From: the human T2T-CHM13v2.0 reference genome, Homo sapiens
Reading direction: 5' to 3' (one strand)
Length of the DNA stretch: 64,000 bases
Assembly (NCBI RefSeq): GCF_009914755.1
Contig: NC_060926.1
In this document: positions 30,495-42,872 of the stretch, one piece after another
How positions within the stretch are numbered: position 1 is the stretch's first letter
Layout of the letters: every line of letters starts with the position of its first letter
The notes under the pieces: generated by a model
What the model saw: only the letters and a program-made list of their open reading frames with translations
Database searches by the model: none
Told to the model about the DNA's origin: nothing
Position numbers and translations under genes: made by a program

Positions 30495-33400
30495 CACTCA
30501 CATACACTCATACGTACACAAAACAGCAGCCTCACTAAATGGCCAAAGAGGACCTGAGTCCCCCTTCCCTCATTCTCCCCAGGGCTCCTCCTCCCCCGAC
30601 ATAATACACCCTCCAAAAAAGATAGCGGGCTTCAGAAGGAAGTGGGGAGACTGACCCAGTAATAACTAGGTGAGACCCTCACTTGTCAGCTAACCTCAAA
30701 TAAGACACAGTGGGAAGAAGTGCATGAAAGCTACTTCTCAGCAGACAGGCAGGATTAGCAAACAAAGAAACAGGGCAGCTCAACAGCGGAGAAATCTAAG
30801 CTAGTATTTTTCACTTCCTTGAGGATACTCCTCCTGTTTATAAATAAATGTGATGCATACAGGCCAGCTGGGGAAGGAAGGGACCTAGAGGAACACTGAC
30901 TCTTGGAGCTCTTAGGACCTGCAAGGTGACTGTGGCCAAAAACCTGTCTCTTAGACAGGGAGCTGGCCCAGGTGGGTGGGAGTTGCCCTTAGGACTGTGA
31001 TAGTGAGTCAGACCAGCACTGGGACTAGAACCCATGTCTGCTGCCTACTAGCCTAACATCTTTCCTTTCACAATTCAACCGAAACATTTACCCAGCTCCC
31101 ACAGTGTACTACAGCACAGTGCCAGGAAATCAATCCTCAACCAACTGGAACCCTCCATTAACTGAATCAGTTTCCTGCATGCCACATTTTAAAAGCAGGC
31201 CCCAAAGAAAAGCTAGCTTATATTTAAGGATTTACGATATTTTCTTTTTTTTCCATTTGTTTTGCAACAGTTGGGGAACATCTTGAGGACAATCCACATT
31301 CCTCCCAGCTCCATCCATTTGCACATCCCTGACCCAGGACAGACTTCATGCTCCAAATCCCAGTCCTGGAACTTAGCCAGATCTTCAGCCATCAAACTAA
31401 GACTCTGTCTTGATCATCACACTGTATTTTCTAAAAACTAGTATTTTTTAAAATGTGCAATGTGGAAATAAAATGTTTTCTGCACAGCCATTAGTTATTC
31501 AGAAAATTCTGTGGACTTAGAACTCTCTTTCCCCCATGTAGTGAGCTGGGGTTTTAGTCTACTAATCCCATAAGGGGTGAGAAGCTCTTGATCCGTTCAG
31601 CCAACATTCTGGGCCTTGGCCAAGACAATGAGGCAATACCTGCTCCTTAGAATAATGCTTCAAAATGGCATATTCTTCCAAGAAGTCACAGAGCAACGTT
31701 GGTATCCCCCCTCCAAAAGGGTGCACAAAAACATGCTCTCCCCAGTTTGAAATTCATTCATGCCTAGGCCTTGAGTTGTATGTAAAGAAAATGAAAGGAG
31801 GCAAGCAGGCAAGTCCTAAATAAGCCCCTGTGTCCCATGAAGGTATCAACCTGGTTCTGAGTGCTATTGCACTGAGTATCTCTTCCTTAATTCTTTACAG
31901 GCTGAGCCAAGGAAGTTAGGAGAAAGAGAGCTGGCAAGAAATAAGCATCTCAAACTGGTCCTCACTCTAAGAGCCTTGCCCGTGGGCACAAGCCTGTCTT
32001 GATGCCTGCTGACCTCCGTCCCCAGGGGACAGCAGTAGCCAGCCACTCTGCTTGTCCCCAGGGCCTAGGATTTCCTTCAACACAACCAACCTTCACTCAG
32101 TGCATTCAGGTGCCAGATACTTTGTGAAAGACCCATGGCAGGGATAAAGCGGTTGTAAAGGGAAACAAGCCACAATTGCTTTCTTCAAAATGCTCACGGC
32201 CAGTAGCAGCAGAGACAACCACGAGCACTGGCTGGCTGTCCCTGGAGGCCATCAGCTTGTTGTGATACCTCTGGTCGGATGGTTGGGACCACACAAAGAC
32301 AGGAAGACACTCCCTCTCTATCCTCACAACACAGTGATAGGTCTTCCTTACATGTTCTTTGATGTGACAGAGGCTTACAAAACCATGAAAAGATTACTTA
32401 TACAAAACGTGACTCGCGGATAAAACCATAGGATGCTCCCATACCAGAGGTCTAGGGAGCTTGAAAGAGATGTTTTTCTCAGTGGGGAGTGAAGGTGGAA
32501 AAAGCACTGGACTGGACTAAAAATCCAGAGCCTGTTTTCTTCACCAGCTCATCTTGTGTCCCTGAGCAAGGCATATTTCCTCTGCAGTTTTACAGATGAG
32601 GGGGAGGACTAGATCAGTTGTTTTTATTAGCAGTAAAACACATATATTTTTCTGAATTGTATTTTATCTAGAACCCCAATATATAAGACAAACAAAAAGG
32701 GAACTGCTTGGGTTGAATCAGGGATGAGGAGCCCAGAGCCCATCTGCTCAGGCTGGGTGGCCCTCAGGGAACCCAGTTTGAAAACCACAGGAGTAAATTA
32801 AGTCTGAGAGCCCCTCTCATAGGGTTCCCGGGGAGGACAGAAGGAGGGACTCATCATTGATTTAGTGCTCTCCGTGGTGCTTGGCAATTTATATATCAAG
32901 TGTCATGGAAATCTTTGCAACAGCAACATGAGGTTAACTAGCTGTGGACTAGCATCTGCTCTGATCTGAGTTGTGAACTGGGATCTTCTGGCAAGAGGCA
33001 AAACTGGGATTTGAACCATGGGCGTTCTGACTCCAAACACAGTATTCCTCCCCTTGATAAGAAGTTCCTCAAGGTATGTGGAGTGTAGAATATTGGGCTG
33101 AATCAATAATATCCTTGAATTACAAATATATGTACATATATGCAATACAGGAAAATTTCTTGAAGAATATGCCCTCCATCATTATTATTAGTTATCTCTG
33201 TGTGGTGGAAATGTGGATGATTTTCAGTTTATCTTTTCTAATTTTCCTGTAATTAACAAATATTGTCTTCATGAAACAGGTATTGCTTATTAAAAATGAT
33301 GTTCATAACTCATAATCAATATGCTTATGCTAGGTTTCTACAGGGAATTAGGGACTGGGGGATAAGTGGTATCCCTGACCTTTTGGACTCGATAGTGGAA

Positions 33401-33585
33401 GTAACAATCCCAAATCCCATCAACTCTCCTTGGGCCACATAATGCTGTTCATTTAAATTCTCTGAAGTCTCGGTTCTAGGGAGTGTGGTTGTTTTAGAAA
33501 GCAACAGCACATCCCTGAGACACCTCCCAAATATATGCCTCTCCTCTCCACCCCCATCAGTTGCTCATTGTAAAAAAGGGGGAGG

Positions 33586-33885
<300 letters not shown>

Positions 33886-33902
33886 GGGCAGGGGTGAGGG
33901 AG

Positions 33903-33970
33903 GTGCTAATAAAACTAATGATAGTCACATGACCCAGTGCTAATAAAACTAATGATAGTCACATGACCCA
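33903..33970. repeat. Perfect 34-bp tandem duplication
   Basis: gtgctaataaaactaatgatagtcacatgaccca x2. Confidence 0.97.
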
Positions 33971-35494
33971 GGATCAGATGCCCTCACTCCCAGCCCAGCA
34001 GGACCTACAGAGAGCCCACCAGCCAGGCCAGCTCAACTCTCCAGCCCCACCCTGAGGGCTTCCCAGAAGCCACTGGCAATATCGATCCCAGAGAGGAAAC
34101 ACCACCCTGAAGGCAAGACAGTGTTGGTCAGGCATGAGGCTGGGCAAGGCGTGTCAGCCACTTTCCTGTATTATTCATGTCGGCTCTGCCAGCAGAAATC
34201 TTCTAAATATTTAACATGCCACCTCAAGGTGCAGCGCAAACACCCCGCAGTCAGGAACAGCTGTGGAGAGGCCTTCACGGAATGACTTGGGGGCTGAGAG
34301 GCACAGACACTGGCTTTGGGAGGAAAGCCCTGAATGGTGGCGGGAGACAATGCTGAGATCCACTTCGGAAGGGAAAATCAGTAAAGAAGGGAAGGGAGAT
34401 GGGTGGTGTTTCAAAACGTGGGGAGTGATGGTGCACAATCACTGGGGTCCAGAGCCCCGTGTTCTCAGACAAAGAAAAAGCCCGAGGTGCCTGCCACCCT
34501 CCTCCCCGCCTTAGACTCCCCACACCCATTTCAGCCCCTGCTAGCTACAGCAGGTGGCAAATCTGTTCTGACTCAGGCCAGGATGGTTAGGGAAGAACAG
34601 GGACTTGGAACAGCCACGTCTATCTCCAAAGGAGAATAAATCCACCGGGGAAGCTCTTCAAACGCCTACAGGTCCTGGGGCTTGAAGGAGAAAATCGGCC
34701 CCCACGCCCACCCCCAATGACTTCACACAGACCTCACCCTAGATGACTCTGCGCTCTCCTGCAAGGCCTGGGAGGTGTCATCGCCACCATGCGGGTGGCT
34801 GTCACTTGAAAATTTCCCGTGCATTCCTGGAGGTACCTGCCCCTGTCTCTCAATCCCCTGCAAAAGGAGTCGGAGCCGGGGGCTCCAGGCGTTTACTCCA
34901 AGATTCACATGCGTCTTCCCATGTCCCAGCTGCCTTTGCCGCTGTCGATGCAGACACCTAAAAAGGAGGATTTTTCCAACCCCACTGGGAGCCCCGCCTC
35001 TGCCTCTCCACCCGTTCCGCGCTGACCCTCCAGGCAGCGCCCCTGGTTCGTCTGCGCTGTCCTTTCCACCTGACAAAAGCTGGGGCGGCGGGGCGCGGCG
35101 CCGGGCGACCTCACATTTCTGCCAAAGGAGAGAGACGCGTGTCCGCGGTGCGCCCATTCGGGGCCTCTGCAAATCGACCGAGCTGAGGAACAAAGCGGCC
35201 AGCGCGCGGCGAGACGCAGCCCCCACGGAACCCCCGAGCGCCCCAGCCCTCGCCGTCCCGGCCCAGCCCCCCGCAAGCGGCCGCCGGCGCCGGCTGCCTC
35301 CTGGGCAGCAGCCGCGTCCTGCGCCGCCCGTCCGCCCGCAGGCGTCCTCGGCGGCTACTGTACCTGCTAAATTTAGCTGCGCCGGGTATTAATAGCCCGA
35401 GCCACTGGGACCGGGCGCTGTAGGGGCGCGCGCAGCCCGGGGCCGGGGGCGGGGAGGGAGGGGACGGAGGGGCGCGGGGGAGAAGGCCACTTAC

Positions 35495-35518
35495 ACCACC
35501 AGCCTGGAGATGATCCAT
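35495..35518 (-). CDS. REEP1: Overlapping alternative start in exon 1 (MDHLQAGG, 24 nt, phase 0)
   Basis: ATG at 35518 has G at -3 and G at +4, with 8 whole codons to the same donor. Recalled as the N-terminus of an exon-2-skipping REEP1 isoform. Confidence 0.65.
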
Positions 35519-35526
35519 GACACCAT
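35495..35526 (-). CDS. REEP1: REEP1 first coding exon (MVSWIISRLVV, 32 nt, phase-2 donor)
   Basis: Minus strand reads cccgccATGGTGTCATGGATCATCTCCAGGCTGGTGGT|gtaagt, with a strong Kozak context and a consensus donor at 35494-35489. The peptide is the REEP1/REEP2 N-terminus. The >35 kb first intron and the MQKV alternative exon indicate REEP1. Confidence 0.96.
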
Positions 35527-35699
35527 GGCGGGCAGGCGGGCGGGCGAGGCCCGGGCGGCGCGGCTCGGCTAGGCTGCGGGCGGCGCGGGCTGCTGCGGCG
35601 TTCCCGGAACGTCAGTCAGCTCACGGCAGCCGCCGCCAGACTGAGCGCGCCCGCCGCCCTGCCCGGCGTTCGCGCGTTGGCGCAGCCGCGGCACGTTCT

Positions 35700-35717
35700 G
35701 GCGGCGGCGGCGGCGGC
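35700..35717. repeat. (GGC)6 trinucleotide repeat near TSS
   Basis: ggcggcggcggcggcggc read directly. Confidence 0.9.
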
Positions 35718-36039
35718 CCCAGCCCCCCGGGGCTCGGCGGGCCCGCAGCGATTGGGCGGTGAGCTGGTCAGGGCACCCGCGGGCCCGCCCCGTCCCGCTC
35801 GCCCTGGCCCCCGGCTGAAGGCGGGCGCGTCCTGCGCGCTCCCCGGGGCACCGGCCCCGCCAAAGGAACCCTGCAGCGGCCCCGTTTGCAGGGCAGGGAC
35901 CCGGGTGCTGCCCCACCCTCAGCGTTCCAGCGGAGAAACTGAAGTCCGAACCTGAACCTCGGGAATCTGTCTGCACCTGTCTAGGTGGGATGCTGTCATC
36001 CCTCATTCAGCTAGTGCGTTAGCCTCATAAAGGGTTTAC

Positions 36040-36092
36040 CTGGATCCAGACCTAACCTCTTCAGTCTGTCCGTTGCTCAGCACTTTCTGCAT
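36040..36092 (-). CDS. REEP1: REEP1 alternative upstream first coding exon (MQKVLSNGQTEEVRSGSR, 53 nt, phase 2)
   Basis: ATGCAGAAAGTGCTGAGCAACGGACAGACTGAAGAGGTTAGGTCTGGATCCAG|gtaaac. Same phase as the canonical exon 1, and it matches the N-terminus I recall for a REEP1 isoform. Confidence 0.85.
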
Positions 36093-36524
36093 AAGAAACA
36101 AACCTGGGCGCTTGCCTCCCTACTTAAAATTCTACAGAGTCCCTATATGATCGTGGTACCTGCCTAGAACCGTGTTGCCAAGACCATTCCCCCAAATAGT
36201 CCTCTAGCTCTTTTCCCTCCAGGCATCTTGGACTCAAATATTTGCTGTTTCTTCTTCCCTGTCAGTACACGCCACGCCTCATCGTCCTGCCTTGGTTTGA
36301 TTCAGCTCCTTCTTCTAGGCTGGGCTGAAGGGCTACTTCTTCCTAGGGAAGGCCTTTCCTTGGGGGCTGCTCCGGGCCCTAGGAGGAGACTAGAAGCTGC
36401 GACTGCTTAGCACCAGTGCCCCGCTGAGCCACGTTGAACTCTTAGGCAAAAGGGAACTTGTGCACCCTATATAAACGTTTTTATGTATTTTTTAAAATAC
36501 CGTATTAAATATTATGGTGGTTTT

Positions 36525-36805
36525 TTTTGTTGTTGTTGTTTTTTTATGAGACAGAGTCTCGCTCTGGGGTGCAGTGGCGCGATCTCGGCTCACTGCAAGC
36601 TCCGCCTCCCGGGTTCAAGCGATTCTTCTGCCTCAGCCTCATGAGTAGCTGAGATTACAGGAGTGCGCCACCACGCCCAGCTAATTTTTGTATTTTTAGT
36701 AGAGACGGGGTTTCACCATGTTGTCCAGGCTGGTCTCAAACTCCTGACCTCGTGATCCGCCCGCCTTGGCCTCCCAAAGTGCTGGGATTACAGGAGTGAG
36801 CCACC
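36525..36805 (-). mobile_element. Alu inserted in a MER96-like hAT element (~36440-36897)
   Basis: Alu motifs; flank gcctcactctgctcaccctagtcccggcc. Confidence 0.85.
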
Positions 36806-37212
36806 TATTATGTATTTTAGTTGCTGAATTTTATGGCACCTCTTAAATGTTGCACCCTCACTGAGCGCCTCACTCTGCTCACCCTAGTCCCGGCCGCAGA
36901 TAGTACATTATTCTGTTACACTGGAAACGCTTTGTCCTCTACTCCTAGGCTCTGCTGCTGCTTTTCCCACCCTCCAATAGCTTAGGTTCTGCGTGGTGCT
37001 CCCAGCGCCCTGTCCTTTGCTGATGATGGTGTCATGTATAATTCAGTGTCAGATGTGAGAAGCGCAGGAGACAGCTTAGTACTCTCAGATGTAGCAGAAT
37101 CTGTGCGTGCGTGTGCCTGATATAGTCAGAAGAAAGACTTCACGGACAACAAAGGGACTGCAGATGAGACATGCTCTCATATCTCAGGTCTCCAAAGAAC
37201 CCATAAAATAGC

Positions 37213-37687
37213 TGTAATGTAGCAGTTTTTTCATGCTGCCTTGACCCAGTTTTGAGGCTCAGGCTGGAGGCTGGTCAGTTCCCCTTCTCCAGCAGTCTAT
37301 TAACTGCATACCCCCAACCACTTCCGTTAGCAGGCTCTCACACGCGGGACACTATACACCTGTCCAGGGCTAGGCACCAAACAACTAGTTACAGCCCCTG
37401 TACTTCAGAACCCGCTGAAATTATCCAAATTAGCCTATCCTATATCTGCTTGCCTTATTTCACTCTTTCCTTCCCTCAGAAACCATGATAAAGATGTTTG
37501 TCCACAATTCCCCTCTCTCCCTCTCTCTGTGACAGACCCTGGCCCTGAGTGGACCTGCATGGTGTGCTGTGATCTCTCCAGGAAACTGTGGATATAAAAA
37601 GCTCTAAAACTCTTTCTAGCTTCTCTCTCTTGATCTGTGTCTGGCCCCACCATATCTCACTCAAGGTAAGGTTATACGGGTAAAACA
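37213..37687 (+). mobile_element. MER74-like ERVL solo LTR
   Basis: ccccaaccacttcc...ggctctcacac...cccgctgaaattatccaaattagcc, TG...CA ends. Confidence 0.7.
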
Positions 37688-38694
37688 ATGCTCCACGGGG
37701 AAAAGCTTTCCATACTTACTAGGCAAAGAGAACACCAAAGCTAGATCAGGACAGCACCCAGCACAGAGGACCTTCCTGAGACCTCCCTTCCCCTCCATCC
37801 ATACCCCTCACCTATGCTCCCTGCGTCAGAAAGGCTGTTACCCATCTTGCAGGGGGAGCAGCGGAGGGATGGACTACTGTGGTTCAAAGAGACCCTGTTG
37901 GTGGGAAAATAAAGAAGAGGTGACCACATGCTTGTTCCCTACTCCCTATAAGTGGAATTCTCAGATTTGACTATTGCACAGGACTGAGCATTTTAATTAC
38001 CAAAATGAAACTATTCATGGGGTTAAAATATCTTGAGGTCTTTTCATTAGCTGAAGAGGACCAGAAAACTAGTGAGACCAACACATATTTCTCACAAGGG
38101 ATGAGAAAGAACTTGTCCATAGAGCGGACTTGGATGGGTAGAGGAGGGAAAAGAAGAAAGAAAGAAAGAAAGTTGCTTTTGTACTGCATTCTGTCTCTTT
38201 CAGTGTAACTGTTACACTTATTGTATCTCTCTATCCTGGACCTGCTCTTGTTTGTCCTTGGCCCTGGAAAACATGTGGCCAGGGAACGGACTCCACCTTC
38301 TAGACAATGGAACTCTTACAGCTCTATCAGTTTCTTGACTTCAAGTTCTTTTTCATAAGAACTGCTTTGATAATAGATGTCTCTCATCTGTTTTTACCCT
38401 GTACCCTTCCCCTTTCTTCTGGGAAGAGCTCTCTGTTTTTCACTGGGGAATGAGTCTCCCCATACTCCAACCTTAGAAACTGTGATTTTCTTATATATCC
38501 TCACTACCTTGATTGGCTTATGGGTGATCACCAAACAGAAACTGGGCCAACGATCTCCCTTGGGATTTTTAAAGTTGAAAATAGAAAAAAGAGAATTCCA
38601 CTTTCTTCTATGAAGCATTGGCTGCTGTGGGAATTGTCCTCCCATTGCAAACAACTAGAAAAACAGGATCAAAAAAAAGAAACAACTGTTTTTC

Positions 38695-38993
38695 TTTACT
38701 TGTTTGTTTGAGACGGAGTCTCACTCTGTCGCCCAGGCTGGAGTGCAGTGCTGTGATCTCGGCTCACTGCAAGCTCCGCCTCCTAGGTTCACACCATTCT
38801 CCTGCCTCAGTCTCCCGAGTACCTGGGACTACAGGTAGCCACCAGTATGTCCAGCTAGTTTTTTGTATTTTTAGTAGAGATGAGACGGGGTTTCACCGTG
38901 TTAGTCAGGGTGGTCTCGATCTCCTGACCTCGTGATCCACCCTCCTCGGACTCCCAAAGTGCTGGGATTACAGGTGTGAGCCACCGTGCCCGG
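38695..38993 (-). mobile_element. AluY-like element
   Basis: TSD aagaaRcaactgttttt. Confidence 0.92.
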
Positions 38994-38999
38994 CAAGAA

Positions 39000-41045
<2,046 letters not shown>

Positions 41046-41049
41046 AAAT

Positions 41050-42400
41050 AGAAAACATATTTTTCCATGATGTCTTATGAGAAGCTCTGTAGTTGTGGAT
41101 AACCATGTTTTTATTGGCCTTTTTCTTATTTATTATTTAAAAATGTTTATATATTGAGAAATAAGCTTTTTGACTGTCATCCACATTAAAATCTTTTTCC
41201 CAAGTTATCATTTTCCCTTCAGACATTATTTATGACATTTTTTCTTTTCAAAATGTTCAGAATTTTATGTAATCATTTTTATGTATATTTTATGGCTTGT
41301 GAGCTTTGTATTGGTTTATATATACCATTTGCCTCTCCTATACTAAAATTACTTATTTTTAAAATTTTTCTTAATTTTTAAAAATTTAAAATTAAAAATA
41401 TTTCTGTGCATCTGCCTTTAAATTTTAAATTTTAATTTTATACTTTTTATTTTACAGTCCACCTGGAATTAATTTTAGTGTATGAGTTAGTTACTTGTCT
41501 TAATACAATTTATTGAACAAGCCACCATTTTCTCCTTCAAGTTGAAAGGCCATCTCCATCATATACTCTGTTCCTTATTATATCAGAGTCTAGTTTTTCT
41601 AGACTCTGTTCAGTTCTGCACATCCACTCATGAATGGTTGTAGTTTTAATTACTGCAGTGTTTTATAACATATTTTACTAATAGTAGGGATAGTCCCTTC
41701 ACTTCCTTTTACAAATTTTCTGGTTATTCTTGCCATTTATACTTTCATTAGACTTTACAGTCATATTATCTCATTTTTTGATAATTCTGATTGTTATTTT
41801 TAATTGAGATGAGGTTAAATTTTTAGATTAATAATTAATCATGACAGTATTTGTCTTCCTATCCAAGAGCAAGGTATTTGTTTTCATTTATACAAATTAT
41901 CTTCTGTGTTCTTAATAGCATTTAATTTTTTCTTCAAGTAGATCTTTCACATTTCTTTACATTGCCATTTGAACCAATGTGTTGTATTCCATTGTGTAAA
42001 TATACCATAATTAATTTAAACAATTCCATATCATTGGCCATATAGTAATAGATCATTTCCAATTTTTACTGATTAAAAACCTAGGGCCAGGCATGGTAGC
42101 TTGCACCTGTAATCCCAACTACTTGGGAGACTGAGGCAGGAGGACTGCTTGAGCCCAGGAGTTTCAGTACAGCCTATGCAACAAAGCAAGACTCCTTCTC
42201 TAAAAATTAAAAAATAATTAAAAAATAATTTAGCAATGAACACACTTGTAGCTATATATTTTAATATGTTCATAATGATTTAGTTAGGATAAATTCCTGG
42301 AAATTGAGTCTTTAGGGGTATGAACTTTTTGGGCGGCTTTTGATGCATAATGCTAAATTACATTCCCAAAATGTTTCAGAAATGTTTGTTCTAATTTTTG
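41050..42400 (-). mobile_element. Degenerate L1ME-type remnant containing an Alu monomer (42085-42222, +)
   Basis: T-rich antisense ORF2 remnants and a FLAM-like monomer. Confidence 0.6.
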
Positions 42401-42872
42401 TAAATTATAAGTGTTACATGTGGTATAGTAAGGTCTCATCATACAATCAATAACTTACTTGAATTAAACTTTAAGGGTCAGGAAAGAAAGAGAAAGAGGA
42501 AAATGGCCTGTATTACAGGGGTTCTGCCTGTCCTTTCACTTCATGACTTCATGAGAAGGCGCCCTGTGCTGATGATACTAGAGAGGTGGCTCTGCTGTTT
42601 CCTCCATAGACCTCGGTTCCTATGACAACCCCACACTCTGTGTGTGTGATTCTAGTGTTCACACATCCATATTGTTTGTACAACATGATCCTAAGCACCT
42701 CCACAGCTTCAGTTGGAAATGAACAAAACTGGAAAGTGATCTGATCCACAGCCTGAGGAAAAGCTCATTGTGTTAGACCACTATGAGCCATATAAATAAT
42801 TTTTTACTGTATCAAATTTTTGCCTTAAACATTGACATTGATATGGAAACTCAACATCAAGTGTACCTACAC

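Larger units (their letters stand above)
34750..35960. promoter_or_regulatory. CpG island / REEP1 promoter and 5' UTR
   Basis: Very high GC and CpG density against CpG-depleted flanks. Minus-strand CCAAT at 35751-35755 abuts a GC box (GGGCGG 35754-35759), with further GC boxes at ~35784 and ~35856. Confidence 0.93.

Noticed and set aside
33903-33970. 34-bp repeat as a CRISPR-like array
   Set aside because: Two abutting copies with no spacer, in eukaryotic DNA with no cas genes
35495-35526. Assignment to REEP2, which has the same first 11 residues
   Set aside because: REEP2 is a compact gene as I recall it. The >35 kb first intron and the MQKV alternative exon fit REEP1.
34723-36006. Long overlapping ORFs on both strands in the CpG island (e.g. 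205 aa 34775-35392, 167 aa, 145 aa)
   Set aside because: Low-complexity Arg/Pro/Ala/Gly content, as expected from stop-codon scarcity in GC-rich DNA. No recognisable domain.
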